Assembly (NCBI GenBank): GCA_963742805.1
Contig: CAVUNG010000001.1
Span: forward strand, 632,841 to 696,840
Length of the DNA: 64,000 nucleotides
From: an uncultured Solirubrobacteraceae bacterium
Lineage (GTDB): Bacteria; Actinomycetota; Thermoleophilia; Solirubrobacterales; Solirubrobacteraceae
Direction of reading: 5' to 3'
In this document: positions 8,932-18,884 of the stretch, in pieces
Layout: each line of letters starts with the position of its first letter
Numbering within the stretch: the stretch's first letter is position 1
Program-made: the position numbers and the translations under genes
Notes under the pieces: generated by a model
Databases searched by the model: none
The model's input: the letters and a program-made list of their open reading frames with translations, nothing else
Told to the model about the DNA's origin: nothing

Positions 8932-10023
8932 ATGGAAGCAGAGGTGGAAGGTGCGGGGACGGCGCGCCCGGCGATCGGGAACGGCGCCGGGCAACGGGTC
9001 GAGCGCGCCGTCCTCAGAACGCTGCTCGCGCTGCCCGAGCCGGTCAAGCGCCGCCTCGCCGGAGCGCCGCTGAGGCGCGACGGCCTCACGCTCGACCTCG
9101 AGACCCAACTCCTGCTCCGTCTCGCCGAGCGCGATCCGGCGCCGCCGCTGCGCTCGCTCACGCCGGCGCAGGCGCGCGCGCAGCTCCGCGCCTCGGCGGG
9201 CCGCGTGGTCGCCCGTCCGCCCGCGATGGCCGAGGTGCGCCCGCTCACCGTCGCGGGTGCCGCCGGACCGCTGCCGGCGCGGTTGTACTCACCCGCCGAG
9301 GCAACCGGCGCCGAGATCAGCGCGCTGGTCGTCTACTACCACGGTGGCGGCTGGGTCGCCGGCGACCTCGACACGCACGACAGTGTCTGCCGGGCGCTCG
9401 CGCGCTCCTCGGGCGCGCGCGTGCTGAGCGTCGACTACCGGCTGGCTCCCGAGCACCCTTTCCCGGCCGGGGTCGAAGACGCTCTCGCCTCCTACCGCGA
9501 CGCGGTCGCGCGCGCGCACGACCTGGGGGCCGACCCCCGGCGGATCGCGGTGGCCGGCGACAGCGCGGGCGGGCACCTCGCCGCGGTGACGGCGCAGCTC
9601 GCGGCCCGCGACGAGCGGCCGCCCGCCTTCCAGCTGCTGATCTATCCCGTCACCGACTGCGTCGAGATCTCGCGCTCGCGGCTGGAGTTCGCCGAGGGCT
9701 TCCTGCTGACCAAGGAGAACATGGACTGGTACGAGGAGAACTTCATCGGCGCACACGACCGCCGCGATCCGCGCATCTCGCCGCTGTTCGCCGAAGATCT
9801 CGCCGGGCTCGCTCCGGCGCTCCTCGTCACGGCGGGCTTCGACCCGCTGCGCGACGAGGGCGAGGCGTACGCCCGGCGGCTGCAGTGCGCCGGCGTGCCG
9901 ACGATGCTGCGCCGGCATCCGGACTACGTCCACGGCTTCACGCACATCATGGTCGGCGACAGCGGCCCACGCGAAGCGCTGGCCGCGATGGGCGGCGTGC
10001 TGCGCGGGGCGCTCGCACGCTAG
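8932..10023 (+). CDS. Esterase/lipase, HSL family alpha/beta hydrolase
   Basis: HGGGW, GDSAGG, DPLRDEG, HGF. Confidence 0.93.
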   Translation: MEAEVEGAGTARPAIGNGAGQRVERAVLRTLLALPEPVKRRLAGAPLRRDGLTLDLETQLLLRLAERDPAPPLRSLTPAQARAQLRASAGRVVARPPAMAEVRPLTVAGAAGPLPARLYSPAEATGAEISALVVYYHGGGWVAGDLDTHDSVCRALARSSGARVLSVDYRLAPEHPFPAGVEDALASYRDAVARAHDLGADPRRIAVAGDSAGGHLAAVTAQLAARDERPPAFQLLIYPVTDCVEISRSRLEFAEGFLLTKENMDWYEENFIGAHDRRDPRISPLFAEDLAGLAPALLVTAGFDPLRDEGEAYARRLQCAGVPTMLRRHPDYVHGFTHIMVGDSGPREALAAMGGVLRGALAR

Positions 10024-10619
10024 GGAACGGGCTCGAACGGTCCCTCGGCGCCGGTCTGGCTGCGCGGCGTTGACGCATCCCTCTCCGTCGGAGCTGCGCC
10101 GCCCGGCGGTCTGCCGCCGGCGAGGGCGCCGCGATCGAGCGCGGCGGCGCGACGCATCGGGATCGCGAACCACAGCGTCAGGAACGGAATCGCGACGAGG
10201 CCCGCGGTCAGGATCCCCCAGCCGGCGCCGAACAGCTTGGTCGTGACGAGCAGCAGGCACCCGCACATCGCGAGGGCGAGGAACCCCATCCCCGCGATCA
10301 CCATCCGGTTCGCCGAGAAGACGAGGTGGCGCTTGTCGTCGTGGCGGAAGACCCACCTGTGCTGCGCCGAGGGCGCGATCGTGCAGACGGCGGACAGCGC
10401 CGCCAGCAGCAGCGTGAGGAAGTAGACGGCGCGCTCGAAACCGCCGACGTGCTCGAAACCGACGTTGAACGGCACGATCAGCAGGAACCCGAACAGCACC
10501 TGCACGCCGGTCACGACCACGCGCAGCTCCCCGGTCATCTCGCCGAGGTTGCGGTCGAGCCGCTCGTGTTCGGTCTCGTCCCGGCGGGCGTCGCCTCCCC
10601 GCTGTTCGGACTCGTTCAT
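10020..10619 (-). CDS. Membrane protein, DUF6328-like
   Basis: ETEHERLDRNLGEMTGELRVVVTGVQVLFGFLL followed by further TM segments. Confidence 0.8.
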   Translation of the reverse strand: MNESEQRGGDARRDETEHERLDRNLGEMTGELRVVVTGVQVLFGFLLIVPFNVGFEHVGGFERAVYFLTLLLAALSAVCTIAPSAQHRWVFRHDDKRHLVFSANRMVIAGMGFLALAMCGCLLLVTTKLFGAGWGILTAGLVAIPFLTLWFAIPMRRAAALDRGALAGGRPPGGAAPTERDASTPRSQTGAEGPFEPVP

Positions 10620-10621
10620 CG

Positions 10622-10960
10622 CTACTGCTCCGGCGGCGGCTCCTCGTCCTCGCGCGCGCTGCTGCGCTCGCGGTCCGCCTCGCCATACGCCCGGCCGGGC
10701 AGCTCCTCCTCGACGGGGGCCTCGTCGCGAAGCACCGCATGGGCGGGCCGCTCGTCGCCGTGGCTGGCGTGCGCGATCAGCATCTCCTCGGCCTGCTCGA
10801 AGCCCTCGGCCTGGCCGCCGCCGGCCTCCGCGACGGGGCGCATCGATTCCTCCCGGCCCTCATCGGACTCGTCGGCCGCAGGAGGAGCGCCGCCGATCGA
10901 AGCCGCTTCGCGCGCGGCCAGCTCCGCCTGCTCGTGCTCTTGGGGGCTCTCGTGCCGCAT
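10622..10960 (-). CDS. Acidic hypothetical protein, probably leaderless SigF target
   Basis: EAASIGG...PVAEAGGGQAEGFEQAE; ATG 10 nt after a GGGTAA -10 box. Confidence 0.7.
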   Translation of the reverse strand: MRHESPQEHEQAELAAREAASIGGAPPAADESDEGREESMRPVAEAGGGQAEGFEQAEEMLIAHASHGDERPAHAVLRDEAPVEEELPGRAYGEADRERSSAREDEEPPPEQ

Positions 10961-10970
10961 CGATGCTCGC

Positions 10971-10995
10971 TTACCCCACAGGCCCGCCTCGAAAC
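10971..10995 (-). promoter_or_regulatory. SigF/SigB-type promoter GTTT-N15-GGGTAA
   Basis: Matches the actinobacterial SigF consensus directly upstream of a gene. Confidence 0.75.
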
Positions 10996-11030
10996 CGGGG
11001 AGCCGGCGCCGGCTCGATAGGTTTGGCGGT

Positions 11031-11552
11031 GTGACGCCGCCCGAGACCAGCGAGCCGCAGCCCGATCTGGTCTGCGTCGTCGAGATCCCGAAGGGCTCGC
11101 GCAACAAGTACGAGTACGACCCGCTTCTCGGCGGCATCAAGTTCGACCGGCTGCTGAGCAGCGCGGCGACCTACCCGGCCGACTACGGCTACCTGCGCGG
11201 CACGCTGGGCCTCGACGGCGACCCGCTGGACGCGCTCGTGTGCCTGTACGAGCCGACGTTCCCCGGCTGCCTGATCCCGGTCAAGCCGGTCGGCATGTTC
11301 GGGATGAGCGACGAGAAGGGGATCGACCACAAGGTGATCTGCGTGCCGCTCGAGGACCCCTACTGGAACCACCACGAACAGCTCGAGGACCTGCCGCTGC
11401 TGCTGCGCCAGGAGATCGAGCAGTTCTTCTCGATCTACAAGGAGCTCGAGCACGGGGCCGACGTCGTGATCGAGGGCTGGGGCTCGCGCGAGCAGGCCGA
11501 AGGGGAGATCGCGCAAGCGCGCCGGCGGCTGGACGGACGCGGCCCCGGCTGA
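11031..11552 (+). CDS. ppa: Inorganic pyrophosphatase (family I)
   Basis: EIPKGSRNKYEYD, YPADYG, DGDPLD, FFSIYKELE. Confidence 0.95.
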   Translation: MTPPETSEPQPDLVCVVEIPKGSRNKYEYDPLLGGIKFDRLLSSAATYPADYGYLRGTLGLDGDPLDALVCLYEPTFPGCLIPVKPVGMFGMSDEKGIDHKVICVPLEDPYWNHHEQLEDLPLLLRQEIEQFFSIYKELEHGADVVIEGWGSREQAEGEIAQARRRLDGRGPG

Positions 11553-11573
11553 GCGGGCCGCGCTCGGCCCAGC

Positions 11574-13124
11574 TCACGTGAGCAGCTGCCGTCCTTCCTG
11601 CAGCGGCCTCGCCGCGCCGGCGTGGCGGGGGGCCTCGGCAGCCGGCGCGTCCTCGACGGTCAGGGGCTTGGCGATGCTCTCGAGGGCTTCGCCCTCCGCG
11701 GCCACCCCGAAGAGCAGCTCCGCGACGCCGCCGATCATCATCATCACCGCCCCCAGGGCAAAGGCTAGGAAGACCTGGTCGTAGCTTCCGCTTTCGATCA
11801 GCCGGTTGAAGATCTGGGGACCGATGACCCCGCCGATCCCCGTCCCCACCGCGTAGAAGACGGCGATGCACAGGGCGCGCGTCTCGAGCGGGAACACCTC
11901 TGAGACCGTCAGGTAGGCGGCGCTCGCTCCGGCCGAGGCGAAGAAGAACACGACGCAGATGCAAACCTCGAAGGTGATTTCGTTGAGGTGGTGGCCCTTG
12001 AACAGCAGGCCGGTGACGACCAGCAACAGGCCGGAGAGCAGGTAGGTGCCGGCGATCATCGGCTTGCGCCCAACGGTGTCGAACAGCGGGCTCAGGATCA
12101 TCGCGCCGAGGAAGTTGCCCGCGGCGAAGACCGCGAGGAAGTAGGGCACGTCGCCCGAGGCGGTCTGGAAGTAGGTCGTCAGCAGCAGACCGAAGCCGAA
12201 CAGGACCGAGTTGTAGATGAACGCCTGGCCGATGAAGAGCGCGAGTCCGAGGATCGTCCGCCGCGGGTACATCGTCACCACCGAGCGCACGATCAGCGGC
12301 AGCGGGATCGTCTTGCGCTGGCGCACCGTCAGCTCGTCCCCGCTCGGCTCCGGGAGCTCGCGGCCGGTCGAGTCGCGCACCTGCCGCTCGATGTCTGCGA
12401 CGATCCGCTCCGCCTCCTCCTCGCGGCCGTGCACGAACAGCCAGCGCGGGCTCTCGGGGACGTTGCGCCGGACCACCAGCACCGCGAGTCCGATCACCGC
12501 GCCCAGCACGAACGACAGCCGCCAGCCGAGGTCGGTCGCGAACACCGAGGTGTTCAGCATCAACACCGCGAGCAGCGCCCCTCCCACCCCTCCCAGCCAG
12601 TAGCTGCCGTTGATCGAGACGTCCACGCGTCCCCGGTGCCGCGCCGGGATCAACTCGTCGATCGCGGAGTTGATCGCGCTGTACTCGCCGCCGATCCCCA
12701 TGCCCGTGATGAAGCGGAACACGAAGAACCACGCGGAAGAGAACGTGAACGCCGTCAGGACGGTCCCGAAGAGATAGATCCCGAGCGTGATCATGAACAG
12801 CTTCTTGCGCCCGAAGCGGTCGGTCAGCTGGCCGAACACGATCGCGCCGAAACAGGCGCCGGCGATGTAGAGCGAGGCGCCCCAGCTCGAGATGTCCGCC
12901 TTGGCCAGCCCGGCGCCGGCACCCGGTTCCGCCAGCCGCGCGGAGATCGAACTGACGATGTTGACCTCGAGCCCGTCCAGGATCCAGGCGGTGCCCAGGC
13001 CGATGATCACGATCCAATGGAAGCGCGACCACGGCAGCCGGTCCAGGCGCGCCGGGATCCTCGTCTTGATCGTGCCCGTTTCCACTCCTGCGCTCACAGC
13101 CGCCACCTTTCCTCCTCGGGCCAC
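11574..13124 (-). CDS. MFS transporter (sugar-porter-like)
   Basis: RLDRLPWSRFH, TDRFGRKK, GGEYSAINSAIDE, PESPRWL. Confidence 0.92.
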   Translation of the reverse strand: MARGGKVAAVSAGVETGTIKTRIPARLDRLPWSRFHWIVIIGLGTAWILDGLEVNIVSSISARLAEPGAGAGLAKADISSWGASLYIAGACFGAIVFGQLTDRFGRKKLFMITLGIYLFGTVLTAFTFSSAWFFVFRFITGMGIGGEYSAINSAIDELIPARHRGRVDVSINGSYWLGGVGGALLAVLMLNTSVFATDLGWRLSFVLGAVIGLAVLVVRRNVPESPRWLFVHGREEEAERIVADIERQVRDSTGRELPEPSGDELTVRQRKTIPLPLIVRSVVTMYPRRTILGLALFIGQAFIYNSVLFGFGLLLTTYFQTASGDVPYFLAVFAAGNFLGAMILSPLFDTVGRKPMIAGTYLLSGLLLVVTGLLFKGHHLNEITFEVCICVVFFFASAGASAAYLTVSEVFPLETRALCIAVFYAVGTGIGGVIGPQIFNRLIESGSYDQVFLAFALGAVMMMIGGVAELLFGVAAEGEALESIAKPLTVEDAPAAEAPRHAGAARPLQEGRQLLT

Positions 13125-13155
13125 GCGACCCGGTTCCTCGCCTGTGGCGGCTGAG

Positions 13156-13181
13156 TTACCCGGCGGCGGGAGGCTTCAAGC
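13156..13181 (-). promoter_or_regulatory. SigF/SigB-type promoter GCTT-N16-GGGTAA
   Basis: Near-consensus site upstream of the MFS gene. Confidence 0.55.
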
Positions 13182-13619
13182 CGAGCGCGGCGGCAGCTGA
13201 ACCACGCTCGCGAAGAACTCGTCGATGCGGTCGACGATCTCACGGAAGCGGGCGAAGTCAGCCGGCTTGGTGACGTACGCGTTGGCGTGATCTCGATAGG
13301 CGCCCATCACGTCGTCGTCGGCTTTGGAGGTCGTGAGCACGACCACCGGGATCGTCGCAAGCGCTGCGTCCCCCTTGATCTCGGCCAGCACCTCGGCTCC
13401 GCTCATGCGCGGGAGGTTGAGGTCGAGCAGGATCAGATCGGGGGTCTCGCAGCCGGCGTAGTCCCCCTGGCCCCGCACGTAGCGGAGCGCCTCCACGCCG
13501 TCGCCGACGACGTCGAGCCGCTTGACGAGGCCGCGCTCGGCAAACGCCTCGCGGACGAGGAGCACGTCGCCCGGATCGTCCTCGACCAGCAGCACGTTGA
13601 CCTGATTCGCGTTCATCAC
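13176..13619 (-). CDS. Single-domain response regulator (Rcp1-like)
   Basis: LLVEDDPGD, LLDLNLP, VVLTTS, ANAYVTKP; overlaps the kinase stop. Confidence 0.92.
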   Translation of the reverse strand: MMNANQVNVLLVEDDPGDVLLVREAFAERGLVKRLDVVGDGVEALRYVRGQGDYAGCETPDLILLDLNLPRMSGAEVLAEIKGDAALATIPVVVLTTSKADDDVMGAYRDHANAYVTKPADFARFREIVDRIDEFFASVVQLPPRSA

Positions 13620-15175
13620 GACGCATTCTCCACCGCGGGCAGGGTGAAGCGGAAGCTCGCGCCGCCTGCGCGGTCGGTGTCGAGCCAGATCCGCCCGCCG
13701 TGGTACTCCACGATCTTGCGGGCAAGCGCGAGGCCGATGCCGCTGCCCTCGTAGGCGTCGCGGCCGTGCAGGCGCTGGAAGATCAGGAACACGCGCTCGG
13801 CGTACTCGGGCTCGATCCCGATGCCGTTGTCCGATATCTCGATCTCCCAATCCCCGTCCAGACGCTGGGAGGAGATGCGCACGACTGGTGGGTCCTCGCC
13901 ATGGAAGCGCAGCGAGTTCGCGAGCAGGTTCTGGAACAGGGAGCGCAGCAGGGATTCGTCGCCGAGCACGCTCGGAAGCTCGCCGGCCTCGATCCTCGCG
14001 CCGGTCTCCTCGATCGGGGCGGCCAGCGCGTCGCGCACATCCGCAAGCACCGCGGCGAGCGCGACCGGGCGCGGCCGCCCCCCCTCGCGGCCCACCCGGG
14101 AGAAAGCGAGCAGGTCGTTGATCAGCGTCTGCATGCGCTTGGCCCCGTCCACGGCGAAGTCGATGTACTGGTCGGCACGCTCGTCGAGGCGACCGCGGTA
14201 GCGGGTCTGCAGCGCCTGGCAGAAGCTCGCGATCTTGCGCAGCGGCTCCTGGAGGTCGTGAGACGCGACGTACGCGAACTGCTCGAGGTCGGCGTTCGAC
14301 CGCGACAGCTCCAGCGCCTGGCGCTCGACGCTTTCGCGCGCGGAGTCGACCTGTGCGAGCTCGCGGACGATGCGCTCGCGCATCGCCTCGATCTCCTCGG
14401 CCAGCTCACGGACCTCGCGCGGACCCGCCGGTATCGGCAGCGGCGCGTGGAACTCCCCACCCGCCACGCGCCGCGCGCTGCCGCCAAGGCTGCGCAGGGG
14501 GTTCCTGATCGCGCGCCGCAGGATCACCCCGGCGACCGCGAGGCTCCCGAGCACGAGCACGGCAGCGAAGATCAACAGGACGTCGAGCTCGGTCGAGGCG
14601 CGGTTCAGGTTCGTGCGCGCAACCGCCGCCTTGGCTTCAAGCGTGTCATGCAGTGCCGTGAGACGTGTGCGCACCGCGTCGAACAGCTGCCGCCCGCGCG
14701 CGTCGGGCGCGGCCCCACGCGCGACGATCCTCCGTGGTTCGCGGAGCGCCCGGCCCACGAAATCGTGCTTCCAGCGGCTCGCGGCCACGCGGACGCCCGC
14801 GATCTCGGCCGGCACCGGGGCGCCCATCTGACGCTCGTGTGCTTCCAGGGTCTTGTAGGCGGCGGCCTCGGCGGACAGCCCTTTGCCGTACGGGTCGAGA
14901 AACTGCGATTCGAGCGTGATCAGGTAGCCGCGGATGCCTGTCTCCTCGTTTACGAGCGCGTTCTCGATTTCGAGCGAAGCGCGGTTCGAGGGCCCAGCCT
15001 GGTCCAGCAGGAAGTTGCGTTGGTGCGAGAGGCGGATGCTGGCGACGAGTGCGAGCCCGATCCCGATCGCGGCCAGGACGAGCAGCACGCCGATCGTCAG
15101 CGACAGCAGCTGTCCGACGCTCAGGGCCGAGAGGCGTGCCCGGAGCCCGCGGTGGGACCGGGCGTCCGTGCTCAC
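13616..15175 (-). CDS. Sensor histidine kinase, CHASE3-HAMP-HisKA-HATPase
   Basis: NEETGIRGYLIT (CHASE3), FAYVASHDLQEPLRKI, DNGIGI, GSGIGLA. Confidence 0.93.
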   Translation of the reverse strand: MSTDARSHRGLRARLSALSVGQLLSLTIGVLLVLAAIGIGLALVASIRLSHQRNFLLDQAGPSNRASLEIENALVNEETGIRGYLITLESQFLDPYGKGLSAEAAAYKTLEAHERQMGAPVPAEIAGVRVAASRWKHDFVGRALREPRRIVARGAAPDARGRQLFDAVRTRLTALHDTLEAKAAVARTNLNRASTELDVLLIFAAVLVLGSLAVAGVILRRAIRNPLRSLGGSARRVAGGEFHAPLPIPAGPREVRELAEEIEAMRERIVRELAQVDSARESVERQALELSRSNADLEQFAYVASHDLQEPLRKIASFCQALQTRYRGRLDERADQYIDFAVDGAKRMQTLINDLLAFSRVGREGGRPRPVALAAVLADVRDALAAPIEETGARIEAGELPSVLGDESLLRSLFQNLLANSLRFHGEDPPVVRISSQRLDGDWEIEISDNGIGIEPEYAERVFLIFQRLHGRDAYEGSGIGLALARKIVEYHGGRIWLDTDRAGGASFRFTLPAVENAS

Positions 15176-16386
15176 CCGGGCACCGGCGCGGCGTCGGCCG
15201 CCCGGTTGCCGATCAGCAGCATCGCGACGTCGTCGGCGGGCGGATCCGCAGCGAGCGCTTCGACCGCGTCGAGGAGCCCGTCGAGCAACGACGCCGGGTG
15301 CTCGCGCCAGCCCGGGTCGGCGGCCATCTGCTCGCCGGCGATCCGCCGCAGGCGCCCCTCCCCGACGCGCTCGGGACCCTCGCCGATCCGCCCCTCGATG
15401 ATCCCGTCCGTGTACATCAGCACCGCCCAGGTCTCGGGGAGCTCAACGTCGACGACGGGCCACGGCCCCTCGCCGAGTCCGATCGCCGGGCCGGTGCGTC
15501 CGTCTCCGAGGGGGCGCGCCGTGGCGCCGTCGATCAGCATCGGAGCGGGGTGCCCGGCGGCGACGAGGTGCGCGCGGCGCCGCGACGGGTCGATCTCGAG
15601 CTCGCAGAGCGTCGTGAACAGCCGCGGCAGGTGACGCTCCTGCTCGAAGACGCGGGAGAGGATGTCGATCACGACCGTCTGCGTGGCGCCGGCCAGCCGC
15701 AGCCCGCGCCAGGTCGCCCGCAGGACGGCCCCGATCGCCGCTTCGTCGGCGCCGTGCCCGCAGACATCGCCGATCAGGGCGTGCAGCCGGCCCTCGCCGT
15801 CTTCGACGAGGTCGAAGAAGTCGCCGCCGAGCAAGGCTCGCCGCCGGCCGGGGCGGTTGCACGAGGCCGAAAACACGCGCGCGTCCGCGATCAGCGGGCT
15901 GGGAGACAGGCCCCGTTCGAGCCGCTCGACCTCGCGCGCCTGGGCCTCGGCGAGGAGCAGCTCGCGCTCGGCTTCCTCGGTCGCGCGGCGGCCGACCGCA
16001 TAGCGGATCGAGCGCCCGAGCTGGCCCGGCTCGAGGCGTCCCTTGACGAGGTAGTCCTGCGCCCCCGCCTGCACGGCCGCGATGCCGGCGGACTCGTCGG
16101 CGAGGCCCGTCAGGACCACGAGCGGAGCGCCGCCGAGCCGGGTGCGCAGGCGGGCGACAGTCTGGACGCCGGCGGTGTCCGGCAGGCCGAGGTCGAGGAG
16201 CACGCAGTCGAGCACCTCCGGCGGATCGGCGAGGGCCTCGCCGAGCGTGCGCATGCGCAAGATGATGCAGCCCGGGAGCGTTTCGGCCAGCTCGTCCTGC
16301 ACCAGCAGCGCGTCGCCGTCGTCGTCCTCGACGAGCAGGACGACGAGTTCCCCCGCGTTGCTGCCGGCCTGCGCTCCCGACTCCAC
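15172..16386 (-). CDS. Receiver-PP2C (SpoIIE/RsbU-like) phosphatase
   Basis: LLVEDDDGD, LLDLGLPD; GGDFFD, GDVCGHG, YTDGIIE, DDVAML; start approximate. Confidence 0.9.
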   Translation of the reverse strand: MESGAQAGSNAGELVVLLVEDDDGDALLVQDELAETLPGCIILRMRTLGEALADPPEVLDCVLLDLGLPDTAGVQTVARLRTRLGGAPLVVLTGLADESAGIAAVQAGAQDYLVKGRLEPGQLGRSIRYAVGRRATEEAERELLLAEAQAREVERLERGLSPSPLIADARVFSASCNRPGRRRALLGGDFFDLVEDGEGRLHALIGDVCGHGADEAAIGAVLRATWRGLRLAGATQTVVIDILSRVFEQERHLPRLFTTLCELEIDPSRRRAHLVAAGHPAPMLIDGATARPLGDGRTGPAIGLGEGPWPVVDVELPETWAVLMYTDGIIEGRIGEGPERVGEGRLRRIAGEQMAADPGWREHPASLLDGLLDAVEALAADPPADDVAMLLIGNRAADAAPVPG

Positions 16387-16534
16387 CGGAGCGGATTCTA
16401 GGGCGGGGTGGGCGGCGGGCCCGTCCGAACTGCTCGAGGGGCGCCGGATCGACCGCACCCTCCGCTTGATGGACGGCCTGCGTGACGGCGCGGGCCACCC
16501 GCGGCCGCATCTGTCCGTGCGTTGACCCCCGCGG

Positions 16535-16559
16535 GTTGACGTCCTCGGCGGGCGGGTAG
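16535..16559 (+). promoter_or_regulatory. SigF/SigB-type promoter GTTG-N15-GGGTAG
   Basis: Near-consensus site upstream of the pfpI RBS. Confidence 0.6.
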
Positions 16560-16597
16560 GCGCGGTACAGCAGTCAAGCAAGCAGAAGGAGGACGAG

Positions 16598-17185
16598 ATG
16601 ACAACCGAGCTCGAGGGCAAGAGGATCGCGTTCCTCGTCGCAAACGAGGGCGTCGAGCAGGTGGAGCTGACCGAGCCTTGGAAGGCCGTCGAGGACGCAG
16701 GGGGCGAGGCCGTGCTGATCGCGCCCGAGAAGGGCGAGGTGCAAGCCTTCAACCATCTCGACAAGGGCGCGAGGTTCCCTGTCCAGAAGACCTTCGACGA
16801 CGCGCGGCCGGGCGACTACGACGGCGTCGTGCTGCCCGGCGGGGTCGCCAACCCGGACAAACTGCGCACCGAGCCGCAGGCGATCGAGTTCCTGCAGCAC
16901 TTCTTCTCCTCCGGCAAGCCGGTCGGCGTGATCTGCCATGGACCCTGGACGCTGGTCGAGGCGGACCTCGTGCGCGGCCGGCGGATCACGTCCTGGCCGT
17001 CGCTGAAGACGGACATCCGCAACGCCGGCGGCGACTGGGTCGACGAGGAAGTCGTCGTCGACGAGGGCCTCGTCTCCTCGCGCAACCCCGATGACCTACC
17101 TGCGTTCTGCGCGAAGATCGTCGAGGAGTTCGCCGAGGGCGAGCACGAGGTGGCGGCGGCCGGGGCGACGCAGGGCGCCGCCTGA
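16598..17185 (+). CDS. pfpI: PfpI/DJ-1 family stress protein (YhbO-like)
   Basis: GVEQVEL, LPGGVANPDKLR, ICHGPW, SRNPDDL. Confidence 0.92.
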   Translation: MTTELEGKRIAFLVANEGVEQVELTEPWKAVEDAGGEAVLIAPEKGEVQAFNHLDKGARFPVQKTFDDARPGDYDGVVLPGGVANPDKLRTEPQAIEFLQHFFSSGKPVGVICHGPWTLVEADLVRGRRITSWPSLKTDIRNAGGDWVDEEVVVDEGLVSSRNPDDLPAFCAKIVEEFAEGEHEVAAAGATQGAA

Positions 17186-17312
17186 CGGCGGCATACGTAG
17201 AGCCGGCTTTGGGGTGAGCGCACGCGCGCGTCCCGTGGACGCGCGTCCCCTCGGGGGTCACCGTGATCTCCGAGGGCGGTGCTCACCCCGGGCGCGAGAC
17301 GAACGTTCTCAT

Positions 17313-17339
17313 GTTTTCCGCGGGCCGCCCGCTGGGTAA
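17313..17339 (+). promoter_or_regulatory. SigF-type promoter GTTT-N17-GGGTAA (autoregulatory candidate)
   Basis: Matches the mycobacterial SigF consensus upstream of the sigma gene. Confidence 0.7.
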
Positions 17340-17478
17340 GAGGATCAGTGGGCTGGTCCCGAAAGAGGTCGTGACGTGGATTCTCGGAGACCCAACACAA
17401 GGCGGGACACGAGCACTTCTGTGTGCGTTCGCGCCACCCGAGACGGGGATCTGTGCGGCGCGATTCGATGGGGTCTGA

Positions 17479-18357
17479 ATGGCGGCCACTGCTGACACGA
17501 GGCTGACCGCACACCTCACGAGGCAGCAGTGCGAGGCGCGCCGCCGCGAGCGTTCGCCCGTCGATCACAGCGGCCCGGCCCCCGGCCTGCTCGAGCACCG
17601 GCCGGGCGCCAGCGCCGTACCGTCCGCCGAGCTTCTGTTCGAGCGGTTCCGCAACGGCGACGCGAGTGCGCAGGAGAGCCTCGCCGCCATGTACCTGCCG
17701 CTCGCGAGGCGGCTCGCACAGCGCTATGTCCGCTCGTCCGAGCCGCGCGAGGACCTGGTGCAGGTCGCCTGCGTGGGGCTCGTCAAGGCGATCGAGCGCT
17801 TCGACCCCGGCCGCGGACCGGCGTTCGCCTCGTTCGCGATCCCGACGATTCTCGGCGAGCTGCGTCGGTACTTCCGTGACGCGACCTGGGCGGTGCACGT
17901 TCCGCGCGGCGCCCAGGAGCGGGCGATGGCGATCGAAGCAGCACAGGAGCAGTTGCGTTCGACCGAGCGCCAAGCGCCGACGGTGGCAGCGATCGCGGCG
18001 TACCTCGACCTCCCGGAGGAGGAGGTGCTCGACGGGCTGATCGCGGTGAAGGCGTACGAGGCCGACTCGCTGGACGCGCCCACCGGCGGCAGCGACGAGG
18101 AAGGCCGCTCACCACTCGAGCTGATCGGTGAGGAGGACGTCTCCTACGAGCTGATCGAGGCGGACGCCAGCGTCGTGCCGGCGATCCGCGCGCTCGGCGC
18201 ACGCGACCGTCGTGTGCTGCACCTGCGCTTCGTGGGCGAAATGAGCCAGAGCGAAATCGCAGCTGAGATCGGCGTCTCCCAGATGCAGGTCTCGCGCATC
18301 ATCGCGCGTTCGCTCGGGGAGCTGCGCGAGATCGCGACCGCCGGCGGCCAAGATTAG
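17479..18357 (+). CDS. SigB/SigF/SigG family sigma factor
   Basis: EDLVQVACVGLVKAIERFDP, FAIPTILGELRRYFRD, SQSEIA..IGVSQMQVSR. Confidence 0.95.
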   Translation: MAATADTRLTAHLTRQQCEARRRERSPVDHSGPAPGLLEHRPGASAVPSAELLFERFRNGDASAQESLAAMYLPLARRLAQRYVRSSEPREDLVQVACVGLVKAIERFDPGRGPAFASFAIPTILGELRRYFRDATWAVHVPRGAQERAMAIEAAQEQLRSTERQAPTVAAIAAYLDLPEEEVLDGLIAVKAYEADSLDAPTGGSDEEGRSPLELIGEEDVSYELIEADASVVPAIRALGARDRRVLHLRFVGEMSQSEIAAEIGVSQMQVSRIIARSLGELREIATAGGQD

Positions 18358-18545
18358 CCGCGGTTTCTCCCGCTCCCGCCCGCTGCCCACCCGTCTCGAA
18401 CAGGCACGTGGCCGCTGGTACGATCCGCGTCGCGGAGGTCCCTGATCGGAAGTGGGCCGCCGGCGAGGCGATAGCAGGCGGTAGGTTCGAGTTCACGGGA
18501 GAGGCGGACCCGGACCGGCAGCGCCAGTCGAACGCGAGAGGTTGG

Positions 18546-18884
18546 ATGATGCCTTCGGTCGGACAGCTCGTCATAAGCCGCAGCCACGAGGAGGAGCGGC
18601 ACACGCTCGTCCTGCGAGGCGAACTGGATCTCGTGACCGCACCCGAGCTGGAGGACACCGTGGCAGCTCTGTGCCTGGAGGGGGTACGCCAGCTCACGCT
18701 CGATATGCGCCAGGTGGTGTTCATCGATTCCTCCGGGCTGCGCACGGTGCTGGCCTCAATGGACATGTGCCGCCTGCACGAGTGCGAGGTGATGCTGGTC
18801 CCGGGCGCCGCCTGCCGCCGGCTATTCGAGATCACCGGCGTGATCGGCGACCTGCCGTTGCGCGAGAACGACGAGGTCGCCTAA
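18546..18884 (+). CDS. STAS-domain anti-sigma antagonist
   Basis: LRGELDLVTAPEL, VFIDSSGL (phospho-Ser motif), RLFEITG. Confidence 0.9.
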   Translation: MMPSVGQLVISRSHEEERHTLVLRGELDLVTAPELEDTVAALCLEGVRQLTLDMRQVVFIDSSGLRTVLASMDMCRLHECEVMLVPGAACRRLFEITGVIGDLPLRENDEVA

